A stretch of 64,000 nucleotides of DNA from Auanema rhodensis (lineage: Eukaryota; Animalia; Nematoda): positions 1,116,001 through 1,180,000 of the forward strand of contig OZ059898.1 of NCBI GenBank assembly GCA_964057225.1. The letters run 5' to 3'. The notes under the pieces are model-generated. The model was not told the origin of the DNA, ran no database searches, and saw only the letters and a program-made list of their open reading frames with translations. The translations under genes were made by a program, and so were the position numbers. Shown here in pieces: positions 25,601-41,400 of the stretch. The first letter of the stretch is position 1, and each line of letters starts with the position of its first letter.

Positions 25601-28600
25601 TGTTTTTGGAAGCAATGTTGAGTGTACATGGAAACTCAACATACACTAATGCATCATTTTTCAAACGATCATAACTAATTTTTGTATTAAGCGTTTCTCA
25701 ATGTAGTATAGTGCATTTGATGCGGATTTTTAAGCTGCGTCGATCTGTGTTATCAGATTTGCGCTAGCTTTAAAATGCACCGAGATATCAACTGATATAA
25801 GTTCACACTTATATCCTCGATTTTCACCCTGAAGAATTAGTTTTTTCGTTGAATAACATTGTCCATCGTCTTTGCCTTGAAAAATGGAATCTGAAAACAT
25901 CTACTTTTTGCTAAATTATTTTGAAATTTTTCGAAACAATTTTTGTCAAAATGTTTTTGGAAGCAATGTTGAGTGTACATGGAAACTCAACATACACTAA
26001 TGCATCATTTTTCAAACGATCATAACTAATTTTTGTATTAAGCGTTTCTCAACGTAATATAGTGCATTCGATGCGGATTTTTAAGCTGCGTCGATCTGTG
26101 TTATCAGATTTGCGCTAGCTTAAAAATGCACCGAGATATAAACTGATATAAGTTCACACTTATATCCTCGATTTTCACCCTGAAGAATTAATTTTTTCGT
26201 TGAATAACATTGTCCATCGTCTTTGCCTTGAAAAATGGAATCTAAAAACATCTACTTTTTGCTAAATTATCTTGAAATTTTTCGAAAAAATTTTTGTCAA
26301 AATGTTTTTGGAAGCAATGTTGAGTGTACATGGAAACTCAACATACACTAATGCATCATTTTTCAAACGATCATAACTAATTTTTGTATTAAGCGTTTCT
26401 CAATGTAGTATAGTGCATTTGATGCGGATTTTTAAGCTGCGTCGATCTGTGTTATCAGATTTGCGCTAGCTTTAAAATGCACCGAGATATCAACTGATAT
26501 AAGTTCACACTTATATCCTCGATTTTCACCCTGAAGAATTAATTTTTTCGTTGAATAACATTGTCCATCGTCTTTGCCTTGAAAAATGGAATCTAAAAAC
26601 ATCTACTTTTTGCTAAATTATCTTGAAATTTTTCGAAAAAATTTTTGTCAAAATGTTTTTGGAAGCAATGTTGAGTGTACATGGAAACTCAACATACACT
26701 AATGCATCATTTTTCAAACGATCATAACTAATTTTTGTATTAAGCGTTTCTCAATGTAATATAGTGCATTCGATGCGGATTTTTAAGCTGCGTCGATCTG
26801 TGTTATCAGATTTGAGCTAGCTTAAAAATGCACCGAGATATCGACTGATATAAGTTCACACTTATATCCTCGATTTTCACCCTGAAGAATTAATTTTTTC
26901 GTTGAATAACATTGTCCATCGTCTTTGCCTTGAAAAATGGAATCTAAAAACATCTACTTTTTGCTAAATTATCTTGAAATTTTTCGAAAAAATTTTTGTC
27001 AAAATGTTTTTGGAAGCAATGTTGAGTGTACATGGAAACTCAACATACACTAATGCATCATTTTTCAAACGATCATAACTAATTTTTGTATTAAGCGTTT
27101 CTCAACGTAATATAGTGCATTCGATGCGGATTTTTAAGCTGCGTCGATCTGTGTTATCAGATTTGCGCTAGCTTAAAAATGCACCGAGATATCAACTGAT
27201 ATAAGTTCACACTTATATCCTCGATTTTCACCCTGAAGAATTAATTTTTTCGTTGAATAACATTGTCCATCGTCTTTGCCTTGAAAAATGGAATCTAAAA
27301 ACATCTACTTTTTGCTAAATTATCTAGAAATTTTTCGAAAAAATTTTTGTCAAAATGTTTTTGGAAGCAATATTGAGTGTACATGGAAACTCAACATACA
27401 CTAATGCATCATTTTTCAAACGATCATAACTAATTTTTGTATTAAGCGTTTCTCAATGTAATATAGTGCATTCGATGCGGATTTTTAAGCTGCGTCGATC
27501 TGTGTTATCAGATTTGCGCTAGCTTAAAAATGCACCGAGATATCAACTGATATAAGTTCACACTTATATCCTCGATTTTCACCCTGAAGAATTAATTTTT
27601 TCGTTGAATAACATTGTCCATCGTCTTTGCCTTGAAAAAAGGAATCTAAAAACATCTACTTTTTGCTAAATTATTTTGAAATTTTTCGAAAAAATTTTTG
27701 TCAAAATGTTTTTGGAAGCAATGTTGAGTGTACATGGAAACTCAACATACACTAATGCATCATTTTTCAAACGATCATAACTAATTTTTGTATTAAGCGT
27801 TTCTCAATGTAGTATAGTGCATTTGATGCGGATTTTTAAGCTGCGTCGATCTGTGTTATCAGATTTGCGCTAGCTTTAAAATGCACCGAGATATCAACTG
27901 ATATAAGTTCACACTTATATCCTCGATTTTCACCCTGAAGAATTAATTTTTTCGTTGAATAACATTGTCCATCGTCTTTGCCTTGAAAAATGGAATCTAA
28001 AAACATCTACTTTTTGCTAAATTATCTTGAAATTTTTCGAAAAAATTTTTGTCAAAATGTTTTTGGAAGCAATGTTGAGTGTACATGGAAACTCAACATA
28101 CACTAATGCATCATTTTTCAAACGATCATAACTAATTTTTGTATTAAGCGTTTCTCAATGTAGTATAGTGCATTTGATGCGGATTTTTAAGCTGCGTCGA
28201 TCTGTGTTATCAGATTTGCGCTAGCTTTAAAATGCACCGAGATATCAACTGATATAAGTTCACACTTATATCCTCGATTTTCACCCTGAAGAATTAATTT
28301 TTTCGTTGAATAACATTGTCCATCGTCTTTGCCTTGAAAAATGGAATCTAAAAACATCTACTTTTTGCTAAATTATCTTGAAATTTTTCGAAAAAATTTT
28401 TGTCAAAATGTTTTTGGAAGCAATGTTGAGTGTACATGGAAACTCAACATACACTAATGCATCATTTTTCAAACGATCATAACTAATTTTTGTATTAAGC
28501 GTTTCTCAATGTAATATAGTGCATTCGATGCGGATTTTTAAGCTGCGTCGATCTGTGTTATCAGATTTGAGCTAGCTTAAAAATGCACCGAGATATCGAC

Positions 28601-31600
28601 TGATATAAGTTCACACTTATATCCTCGATTTTCACCCTGAAGAATTAATTTTTTCGTTGAATAACATTGTCCATCGTCTTTGCCTTGAAAAATGGAATTT
28701 AAAAACATCTACTTTTTGCTAAATTATCTTGAAATTTTTCGAAAAAATTTTTGTCAAAATGTTTTTGGAAGCAATGTTGAGTGTACATGGAAACTCAACA
28801 TACACTAATGCATCATTTTTCAAACGATCATAACTAATTTTTGTATTAAGCGTTTCTCAATGTAATATAGTGCATTCGATGCGGATTTTTAAGCTGCGTC
28901 GATCTGTGTTATCAGATTTGCGCTAGATTTAAAATGCACCGAGATATCAACTGATATAAGTTCACACTTATATCCTCGATTTTCACCCTGAAGAATTAAT
29001 TTTTTCGTTGAATAACATTGTCCATCGTCTTTGCCTTGAAAAATGGAATCTAAAAACATCTACTTTTTGCTAAATTATCTAGAAATTTTTCGAAAAAATT
29101 TTTGTCAAAATGTTTTTGGAAGCAATATTGAGTGTACATGGAAACTCAACATACACTAATGCATCATTTTTCAAACGATCATAACTAATTTTTGTATTAA
29201 GCGTTTCTCAATGTAATATAGTGCATTCGATGCGGATTTTTAAGCTGCGTCGATCTGTGTTATCAGATTTGCGCTAGCTTTAAAATGCACCGAGATATCA
29301 ACTGATATAAGTTCACACTTATATCCTCGATTTTCACCCTGAAGAATTATTTTTTTCGTTGAATAACATTGTCCATCGTCTTTGCCTTGAAAAAAGGAAT
29401 CTAAAAACATCTACTTTTTGCTAAATTATTTTGAAATTTTTCGAAACAATTTTTGTCAAAATGTTTTTGGAAGCAATGTTGAGTGTACATGGAAACTCAA
29501 CATACACTAATGCATCATTTTTCAAACGATCATAACTAATTTTTGTATTAAGCGTTTCTCAACGTAATATAGTGCATTCGATGCGGATTTTTAAGCTGCG
29601 TCGATCTGTGTTATCAGATTTGCGCTAGCTTAAAAATGCACCGAGATATCAACTGATATAAGTTCACACTTATATCCTCGATTTTCACCCTGAAGAATTA
29701 ATTTTTTCGTTGAATAACATTGTCCATCGTCTTTGCCTTGAAAAATGGAATCTAAAAACATCTACTTTTTGCTAAATTATCTAGAAATTTTTCGAAAAAA
29801 TTTTTGTCAAAATGTTTTTGGAAGCAATATTGAGTGTACATGGAAACTCAACATACACTAATGCATCATTTTTCAAACGATCATAACTAATTTTTGTATT
29901 AAGCGTTTCTCAATGTAATATAGTGCATTCGATGCGGATTTTTAAGCTGCGTCGATCTGTGTTATCAGATTTGCGCTAGCTTAAAAATGCACCGAGATAT
30001 CAACTGATATAAGTTCACACTTATATCCTCGATTTTCACCCTGAAGAATTAATTTTTTCGTTGAATAACATTGTCCATCGTCTTTGCCTTGAAAAAAGGA
30101 ATCTAAAAACATCTACTTTTTGCTAAATTATTTTGAAATTTTTCGAAAAAATTTTTGTCAAAATGTTTTTGGAAGCAATGTTGAGTGTACATGGAAACTC
30201 AACATACACTAATGCATCATTTTTCAAACGATCATAACTAATTTTTGTATTAAGCGTTTCTCAATGTAGTATAGTGCATTTGATGCGGATTTTTAAGCTG
30301 CGTCGATCTGTGTTATCAGATTTGCGCTAGCTTAAAAATGCACCGAGATATCAACTGATATAAGTTCACACATATATCCTCGATTTTCACCCTGAAGAAT
30401 TAATTTTTTCGTTGAATAACATTGTCCATCGTCTTTGCCTTGAAAAATGGAATCTGAAAACATCTACTTTTTGCTAAATTATTTTGAAATTTTTCGAAAC
30501 AATTTTTGTCAAAATGTTTTTGGAAGCAATGTTGAGTGTACATGGAAACTCAACATACACTAATGCATCATTTTTCAAACGATCATAACTAATTTTTGTA
30601 TTAAGCGTTTCTCAACGTAATATAGTGCATTCGATGCGGATTTTTAAGCTGCGTCGATCTGTGTTATCAGATTTGCGCTAGCTTAAAAATGCACCGAGAT
30701 ATAAACTGATATAAGTTCACACTTATATCCTCGATTTTCACCCTGAAGAATTAATTTTTTCGTTGAATAACATTGTCCATCGTCTTTGCCTTGAAAAATG
30801 GAATCTAAAAACATCTACTTTTTGCTAAATTATCTTGAAATTTTTCGAAAAAATTTTTGTCAAAATGTTTTTGGAAGCAATGTTGAGTGTACATGGAAAC
30901 TCAACATACACTAATGCATCATTTTTCAAACGATCATAACTAATTTTTGTATTAAGCGTTTCTCAATGTAATATAGTGCATTCGATGCGGATTTTTAAGC
31001 TGCGTCGATCTGTGTTATCAGATTTGCGCTAGCTTAAAAATGCACCGAGATATCAACTGATATAAGTTCACACTTATATCCTCGATTTTCACCCTGAAGA
31101 ATTAATTTTTTCGTTGAATAACATTGTCCATCGTCTTTGCCTTGAAAAAAGGAATCTAAAAACATCTACTTTTTGCTAAATTATTTTGAAATTTTTCGAA
31201 AAAATTTTTGTCAAAATGTTTTTGGAAGCAATGTTGAGTGTACATGGAAACTCAACATACACTAATGCATCATTTTTCAAACGATCATAACTAATTTTTG
31301 TATTAAGCGTTTCTCAATGTAGTATAGTGCATTTGATGCGGATTTTTAAGCTGCGTCGATCTGTGTTATCAGATTTGCGCTAGCTTTAAAATGCACCGAG
31401 ATATCAACTGATATAAGTTCACACTTATATCCTCGATTTTCACCCTGAAGAATTAATTTTTTCGTTGAATAACATTGTCCATCGTCTTTGCCTTGAAAAA
31501 TGAAATCTAAAAACATCTACTTTTTGCTAAATTATCTAGAAATTTTTCGAAAAAATTTTTGTCAAAATGTTTTTGGAAGCAATATTGAGTGTACATGGAA

Positions 31601-34600
31601 ACTCAACATACACTAATGCATCATTTTTCAAACGATCATAACTAATTTTTGTATTAAGCGTTTCTCAATGTAATATAGTGCATTCGATGCGGATTTTTAA
31701 GCTGCGTCGATCTGTGTTATCAGATTTGCGCTAGCTTAAAAATGCACCGAGATATCAACTGATATAAGTTCACACTTATATCCTCGATTTTCACCCTGAA
31801 GAATTAATTTTTTCGTTGAATAACATTGTCCATCGTCTTTGCCTTGAAAAAAGGAATCTAAAAACATCTACTTTTTGCTAAATTATTTTGAAATTTTTCG
31901 AAAAAATTTTTGTCAAAATGTTTTTGGAAGCAATGTTGAGTGTACATGGAAACTCAACATACACTAATGCATCATTTTTCAAACGATCATAACTAATTTT
32001 TGTATTAAGCGTTTCTCAATGTAGTATAGTGCATTTGATGCGGATTTTTAAGCTGCGTCGATCTGTGTTATCAGATTTGCGCTAGCTTAAAAATGCACCG
32101 AGATATCAACTGATATAAGTTCACACATATATCCTCGATTTTCACCCTGAAGAATTAATTTTTTCGTTGAATAACATTGTCCATCGTCTTTGCCTTGAAA
32201 AATGGAATCTGAAAACATCTACTTTTTGCTAAATTATTTTGAAATTTTTCGAAACAATTTTTGTCAAAATGTTTTTGGAAGCAATGTTGAGTGTACATGG
32301 AAACTCAACATACACTAATGCATCATTTTTCAAACGATCATAACTAATTTTTGTATTAAGCGTTTCTCAACGTAATATAGTGCATTCGATGCGGATTTTT
32401 AAGCTGCGTCGATCTGTGTTATCAGATTTGCGCTAGCTTAAAAATGCACCGAGATATAAACTGATATAAGTTCACACTTATATCCTCGATTTTCACCCTG
32501 AAGAATTAATTTTTTCGTTGAATAACATTGTCCATCGTCTTTGCCTTGAAAAATGGAATCTAAAAACATCTACTTTTTGCTAAATTATCTTGAAATTTTT
32601 CGAAAAAATTTTTGTCAAAATGTTTTTGGAAGCAATGTTGAGTGTACATGGAAACTCAACATACACTAATGCATCATTTTTCAAACGATCATAACTAATT
32701 TTTGTATTAAGCGTTTCTCAATGTAATATAGTGCATTCGATGCGGATTTTTAAGCTGCGTCGATCTGTGTTATCAGATTTGCGCTAGCTTAAAAATGCAC
32801 CGAGATATCAACTGATATAAGTTCACACTTATATCCTCGATTTTCACCCTGAAGAATTAATTTTTTCGTTGAATAACATTGTCCATCGTCTTTGCCTTGA
32901 AAAAAGGAATCTAAAAACATCTACTTTTTGCTAAATTATTTTGAAATTTTTCGAAAAAATTTTTGTCAAAATGTTTTTGGAAGCAATGTTGAGTGTACAT
33001 GGAAACTCAACATACACTAATGCATCATTTTTCAAACGATCATAACTAATTTTTGTATTAAGCGTTTCTCAATGTAGTATAGTGCATTTGATGCGGATTT
33101 TTAAGCTGCGTCGATCTGTGTTATCAGATTTGCGCTAGCTTTAAAATGCACCGAGATATCAACTGATATAAGTTCACACTTATATCCTCGATTTTCACCC
33201 TGAAGAATTAATTTTTTCGTTGAATAACATTGTCCATCGTCTTTGCATTGAAAAATGGAATCTAAAAACATCTACTTTTTGCTAAATTATCTTGAAATTT
33301 TTCGAAAAAATTTTTGTCAAAATGTTTTTGGAAGCAATGTTGAGTGTACATGGAAACTCAACATACACTAATGCATCATTTTTCAAACGATCATAACTAA
33401 TTTTTGTATTAAGCGTTTCTCAATGTAGTATAGTGCATTTGATGCGGATTTTTAAGCTGCGTCGATCTGTGTTATCAGATTTGCGCTAGCTTTAAAATGC
33501 ACCGAGATATCAACTGATATAAGTTCACACTTATATCCTCGATTTTCACCCTGAAGAATTAATTTTTTCGTTGAATAACATTGTCCATCGTCTTTGCCTT
33601 GAAAAATGGAATCTAAAAACATCTACTTTTTGCTAAATTATCTTGAAATTTTTCGAAAAAATTTTTGTCAAAATGTTTTTGGAAGCAATGTTGAGTGTAC
33701 ATGGAAACTCAACATACACTAATGCATCATTTTTCAAACGATCATAACTAATTTTTGTATTAAGCGTTTCTCAATGTAATATAGTGCATTCGATGCGGAT
33801 TTTTAAGCTGCGTCGATCTGTGTTATCAGATTTGAGCTAGCTTAAAAATGCACCGAGATATCGACTGATATAAGTTCACACTTATATCCTCGATTTTCAC
33901 CCTGAAGAATTAATTTTTTCGTTGAATAACATTGTCCATCGTCTTTGCCTTGAAAAATGGAATCTAAAAACATCTACTTTTTGCTAAATTATCTTGAAAT
34001 TTTTCGAAAAAATTTTTGTCAAAATGTTTTTGGAAGCAATGTTGAGTGTACATGGAAACTCAACATACACTAATGCATCATTTTTCAAACGATCATAACT
34101 AATTTTTGTATTAAGCGTTTCTCAATGTAATATAGTGCATTCGATGCGGATTTTTAAGCTGCGTCGATCTGTGTTATCAGATTTGCGCTAGCTTAAAAAT
34201 GCACCGAGATATCAACTGATATAAGTTCACACTTATATCCTCGATTTTCACCCTGAAGAATTAATTTTTTCGTTGAATAACATTGTCCATCGTCTTTGCA
34301 TTGAAAAATGGAATCTAAAAACATCTACTTTTTGCTAAATTATCTTGAAATTTTTCGAAAAAATTTTTGTCAAAATGTTTTTGGAAGCAATGTTGAGTGT
34401 ACATGGAAACTCAACATACACTAATGCATCATTTTTCAAACGATCATAACTAATTTTTGTATTAAGCGTTTCTCAATGTAGTATAGTGCATTTGATGCGG
34501 ATTTTTAAGCTGCGTCGATCTGTGTTATCAGATTTGCGCTAGCTTTAAAATGCACCGAGATATCAACTGATATAAGTTCACACTTATATCCTCGATTTTC

Positions 34601-35451
34601 ACCCTGAAGAATTAATTTTTTCGTTGAATAACATTGTCCATCGTCTTTGCCTTGAAAAATGGAATCTAAAAACATCTACTTTTTGCTAAATTATCTTGAA
34701 ATTTTTCGAAAAAATTTTTGTCAAAATGTTTTTGGAAGCAATGTTGAGTGTACATGGAAACTCAACATACACTAATGCATCATTTTTCAAACGATCATAA
34801 CTAATTTTTGTATTAAGCGTTTCTCAATGTAATATAGTGCATTCGATGCGGATTTTTAAGCTGCGTCGATCTGTGTTATCAGATTTGAGCTAGCTTAAAA
34901 ATGCACCGAGATATCGACTGATATAAGTTCACACTTATATCCTCGATTTTCACCCTGAAGAATTAATTTTTTCGTTGAATAACATTGTCCATCGTCTTTG
35001 CCTTGAAAAATGGAATCTAAAAACATCTACTTTTTGCTAAATTATCTTGAAATTTTTCGAAAAAATTTTTGTCAAAATGTTTTTGGAAGCAATGTTGAGT
35101 GTACATGGAAACTCAACATACACTAATGCATCATTTTTCAAACGATCATAACTAATTTTTGTATTAAGCGTTTCTCAATGTAATATAGTGCATTCGATGC
35201 GGATTTTTAAGCTGCGTCGATCTGTGTTATCAGATTTGCGCTAGCTTAAAAATGCACCGAGATATCAACTGATATAAGTTCACACTTATATCCTCGATTT
35301 TCACCCTGAAGAATTAATTTTTTCGTTGAATAACATTGTCCATCGTCTTTGCCTTGAAAAAAGGAATCTAAAAACATCTACTTTTTGCTAAATTATTTTG
35401 AAATTTTTCGAAAAAATTTTTGTCAAAATGTTTTTGGAAGCAATGTTGAGT
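13690..35451. repeat. Variant domain II (monomers 40-101)
   Basis: Markers essentially confined here: C297+A299 (creates XbaI TCTAGA) with A345, C79, A139+G167, A186+G270+C314, and A166. Confidence 0.85.
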
Positions 35452-38400
35452 GTACATGGAAACTCAACATACACTAATGCATCATTTTTCAAACGATCAT
35501 AACTAATTTTTGTATTAAGCGTTTCTCAATGTAGTATAGTGCATTTGATGCGGATTCTTAAGCTGCGTCGATCTGTGTTATCAGATTTGCGCTAGCTTTA
35601 AAATGCACCGAGATATCAACTGATATAAGTTCACACTTATATCCTCGATTTTCACCCTGAAGAATTAATTTTTTCGTTGAATAACATTGTCCATCGTCTT
35701 TGCCTTGAAAAAAGAAATCTAAAAACATCTACTTTTTGCTAAATTATTTTGAAATTTTTTGAAAAAATTTTTGTCAAAATGTTTTTGGAAGCAATGTTGA
35801 GTGTACATGGAAACTCAACATACACTAATGCATCAATTTTCAAACGATCATAACTAATTTTTGTATTAAGCGTTTCTCAATGTAGTATAGTGCATTCGAT
35901 GCGGATTTTTAAGCTGCGTCGATCTGTGTTATCAGATTTGCGCTAGCTTTAAAATGCACCGAGATATCAACTGATATAAGTTCACACTTATATCCTCGAT
36001 TTTCACCCTGAAGAATTAATTTTTTCGTTGAATAACATTGTCCATCGTCTTTGTCTTGAAAAAAGGAATCTAAAAACATCTACTTTTTGCTAAATTATTT
36101 TGAAATTTTTTGAAAAAATTTTTGTCAAAATGTTTTTGGAAGCAATGTTGAGTGTACATGGAAACTCAACATACACTAATGCATCATTTTTCAAACGATC
36201 ATAACTAATTTTTGTATTAAGCGTTTTTCAATGTAATATAGTGCATTCGATGCGGATTTTTAAGCTGCGTCGACCTGTGTTATCAGATTTGCGCTAGCTT
36301 AAAAATGCACCGAGATATCAACTGATATAAGTTCACACTTATATCCTCGATTTTCACCCTGAAGAATTAATTTTTTCGTTGAATAACATTGTCCATCGTC
36401 TTTGCCTTGAAAAAAGGAATCTAAAAACATCTACTTTTTGCTAAATTATTTTGAAATTTTTTGAAAAAATTTTTGTCAAAATGTTTTTGGAAGCAATGTT
36501 GAGTGTACATGGAAACTCAACATACACTAATGCATCATTTTTCAAACGATCATAACTAATTTTTGTATTAAGCGTTTTTCAATGTAATATAGTGCATTCG
36601 ATGCGGATTTTTAAGCTGCGTCGACCTGTGTTATCAGATTTGCGCTAGCTTTAAAATGCACCGAGATATCAACTGATATAAGTTCACACTTATATCCTCG
36701 ATTTTCACCCTGAAGAATTAATTTTTTCGTTGAATAACATTGTCCATCGTCTTTGCCTTGAAAAAAGGAATCTAAAAACATCTACTTTTTGCTAAATTAT
36801 TTTGAAATTTTTTGAAAAAATTTTTGTCAAAATGTTTTTGGAAGCAATGTTGAGTGTACATGGAAACTCAACATACACTAATGCATCATTTTTCAAACGA
36901 TCATAACTAATTTTTGTATTAAGCGTTTTTCAATGTAATATAGTGCATTCGATGCGGATTTTTAAGCTGCGTCGACCTGTGTTATCAGATTTGCGCTAGC
37001 TTAAAAATGCACCGAGATATCAACTGATATAAGTTCACACTTATATCCTCGATTTTCACCCTGAAGAATTAATTTTTTCGTTGAATAACATTGTCCATCG
37101 TCTTTGCCTTGAAAAATGGAATCTAAAAACATCTACTTTTTGCTAAGTTATCTTGAAATTTTTCGAAAAAATTTTTGTCAAAATGTTTTTGGAAGCAATG
37201 TTGAGTGTACATGGAAACTCAACATACACTAATGCATCATTTTTCAAACGATCATAACTAATTTTTGTATTAAGCGTTTCTCAATGTAATATAGTGCATT
37301 CGATGCGGATTTTTAAGCTGCGTCGATCTGTGTTATCAGATTTGCGCTAGCTTAAAAATGCACCGAGATATCAACTGATATAAGTTCACACTTATATCCT
37401 CGATTTTCACCCTGAAGAATTAATTTTTTCGTTGAATAACATTGTCCATCGTCTTTGCCTTGAAAAAAGGAATCTAAAAACATCTACTTTTTGCTAAATT
37501 ATTTTGAAATTTTTCGAAAAAATTTTTGTCAAAATGTTTTTGGAAGCAATGTTGAGTGTACATGGAAACTCAACATACACTAATGCATCATTTTTCAAAC
37601 GATCATAACTAATTTTTGTATTAAGCGTTTCTCAATGTAATATAGTGCATTCGATGCGGATTTTTAAGCTGCGTCGACCTGTGTTATCAGATTTGCGCTA
37701 GCTTAAAAATGCACCGAGATATCAACTGATATAAGTTCACACTTATATCCTCGATTTTCACCCTGAAGAATTAATTTTTTCGTTGAATTACATTGTCCAT
37801 CGTCTTTGCCTTGGAAAATGGAATCTAAAAACATCTACTTTTTGCTAAGTTATCTTGAAATTTTTCGAAAAAATTTTTGTCAAAATGTTTTTGGAAGCAA
37901 TGTTGAGTGTACATGGAAACTCAACATACACTAATGCATCATTTTTCAAACGATCATAACTAATTTTTGTATTAAGCGTTTCTCAATGTAATATAGTGCA
38001 TTCGATGCGGATTTTTAAGCTGCGTCGATCTGTGTTATCAGATTTGCGCTAGCTTAAAAATGCACCGAGATATCAACTGATATAAGTTCACACTTATATC
38101 CTCGATTTTCACCCTGAAGAATTAATTTTTTCGTTGAATAACATTGTCCATCGTCTTTGCCTTGAAAAAAGGAATCTAAAAACATCTACTTTTTGCTAAA
38201 TTATTTTGAAATTTTTCGAAAAAATTTTTGTCAAAATGTTTTTGGAAGCAATGTTGAGTGTACATGGAAACTCAACATACACTAATGCATCATTTTTCAA
38301 ACGATCATAACTAATTTTTGTATTAAGCGTTTTTCAATGTAATATAGTGCATTCGATGCGGATTTTTAAGCTGCGTCGACCTGTGTTATCAGATTTGCGC

Positions 38401-41400
38401 TAGCTTTAAAATGCACCGAGATATCAACTGATATAAGTTCACACTTATATCCTCGATTTTCACCCTGAAGAATTAATTTTTTCGTTGAATAACATTGTCC
38501 ATCGTCTTTGCCTTGAAAAAAGGAATCTAAAAACATCTACTTTTTGCTAAATTATTTTGAAATTTTTTGAAAAAATTTTTGTCAAAATGTTTTTGGAAGC
38601 AATGTTGAGTGTACATGGAAACTCAACATACACTAATGCATCATTTTTCAAACGATCATAACTAATTTTTGTATTAAGCGTTTTTCAATGTAATATAGTG
38701 CATTCGATGCGGATTTTTAAGCTGCGTCGACCTGTGTTATCAGATTTGCGCTAGCTTAAAAATGCACCGAGATATCAACTGATATAAGTTCACACTTATA
38801 TCCTCGATTTTCACCCTGAAGAATTAATTTTTTCGTTGAATAACATTGTCCATCGTCTTTGCCTTGAAAAATGGAATCTAAAAACATCTACTTTTTGCTA
38901 AGTTATCTTGAAATTTTTCGAAAAAATTTTTGTCAAAATGTTTTTGGAAGCAATGTTGAGTGTACATGGAAACTCAACATACACTAATGCATCATTTTTC
39001 AAACGATCATAACTAATTTTTGTATTAAGCGTTTCTCAATGTAATATAGTGCATTCGATGCGGATTTTTAAGCTGCGTCGATCTGTGTTATCAGATTTGC
39101 GCTAGCTTAAAAATGCACCGAGATATCAACTGATATAAGTTCACACTTATATCCTCGATTTTCACCCTGAAGAATTAATTTTTTCGTTGAATAACATTGT
39201 CCATCGTCTTTGCCTTGAAAAAAGGAATCTAAAAACATCTACTTTTTGCTAAATTATTTTGAAATTTTTCGAAAAAATTTTTGTCAAAATGTTTTTGGAA
39301 GCAATGTTGAGTGTACATGGAAACTCAACATACACTAATGCATCATTTTTCAAACGATCATAACTAATTTTTGTATTAAGCGTTTCTCAATGTAATATAG
39401 TGCATTCGATGCGGATTTTTAAGCTGCGTCGACCTGTGTTATCAGATTTGCGCTAGCTTAAAAATGCACCGAGATATCAACTGATATAAGTTCACACTTA
39501 TATCCTCGATTTTCACCCTGAAGAATTAATTTTTTCGTTGAATTACATTGTCCATCGTCTTTGCCTTGGAAAATGGAATCTAAAAACATCTACTTTTTGC
39601 TAAGTTATCTTGAAATTTTTCGAAAAAATTTTTGTCAAAATGTTTTTGGAAGCAATGTTGAGTGTACATGGAAACTCAACATACACTAATGCATCATTTT
39701 TCAAACGATCATAACTAATTTTTGTATTAAGCGTTTCTCAATGTAATATAGTGCATTCGATGCGGATTTTTAAGCTGCGTCGATCTGTGTTATCAGATTT
39801 GCGCTAGCTTAAAAATGCACCGAGATATCAACTGATATAAGTTCACACTTATATCCTCGATTTTCACCCTGAAGAATTAATTTTTTCGTTGAATAACATT
39901 GTCCATCGTCTTTGCCTTGAAAAAAGGAATCTAAAAACATCTACTTTTTGCTAAATTATTTTGAAATTTTTCGAAAAAATTTTTGTCAAAATGTTTTTGG
40001 AAGCAATGTTGAGTGTACATGGAAACTCAACATACACTAATGCATCATTTTTCAAACGATCATAACTAATTTTTGTATTAAGCGTTTCTCAATGTAGTAT
40101 AGTGCATTCGATGCGGATTTTTAAGCTGCGTCGATCTGTGTTATCAGATTTGCGCTAGCTTAAAAATGCACCGAGATATCAACTGATATAAGTTCACACT
40201 TATATCCTCGATTTTCACCCTGAAGAATTAATTTTTTCGTTGAATAACATTGTCCATCGTCTTTGCCTTGAAAAATGGAATCTAAAAACATCTACTTTTT
40301 GCTAAATTATCTTGAAATTTTTCGAAAAAATTTTTGTCAAAATGTTTTTGGAAGCAATGTTGAGTGTACATGGAAACTCAACATACACTAATGCATCATT
40401 TTTCAAACGATCATAACTAATTTTTGTATTAAGCGTTTCTCAATGTAGTATAGTGCATTCGATGCGGATTTTTAAGCTGCGTCGATCTGTGTTATCAGAT
40501 TTGCGCTAGCTTAAAAATGCACCGAGATATCAACTGATATAAGTTCACACTTATATCCTCGATTTTCACCCTGAAGAATTAATTTTTTCGTTGAATAACA
40601 TTGTCCATCGTCTTTGCCTTGAAAAAAGGAATCTAAAAACATCTACTTTTTGCTAAATTATTTTGAAATTTTTTGAAAAAATTTTTGTCAAAATGTTTTT
40701 GGAAGCAATGTTGAGTGTACATGGAAACTCAACATACACTAATGCATCATTTTTCAAACGATCATAACTAATTTTTGTATTAAGCGTTTTTCAATGTAAT
40801 ATAGTGCATTCGATGCGGATTTTTAAGCTGCGTCGACCTGTGTTATCAGATTTGCGCTAGCTTAAAAATGCACCGAGATATCAACTGATATAAGTTCACA
40901 CTTATATCCTCGATTTTCACCCTGAAGAATTAATTTTTTCGTTGAATAACATTGTCCATCGTCTTTGCCTTGAAAAATGGAATCTAAAAACATCTACTTT
41001 TTGCTAAGTTATCTTGAAATTTTTCGAAAAAATTTTTGTCAAAATGTTTTTGGAAGCAATGTTGAGTGTACATGGAAACTCAACATACACTAATGCATCA
41101 TTTTTCAAACGATCATAACTAATTTTTGTATTAAGCGTTTCTCAATGTAATATAGTGCATTCGATGCGGATTTTTAAGCTGCGTCGATCTGTGTTATCAG
41201 ATTTGCGCTAGCTTAAAAATGCACCGAGATATCAACTGATATAAGTTCACACTTATATCCTCGATTTTCACCCTGAAGAATTAATTTTTTCGTTGAATAA
41301 CATTGTCCATCGTCTTTGCCTTGAAAAAAAGAATCTAAAAACATCTACTTTTTGCTAAATTATTTTGAAATTTTTCGAAAAAATTTTTGTCAAAATGTTT

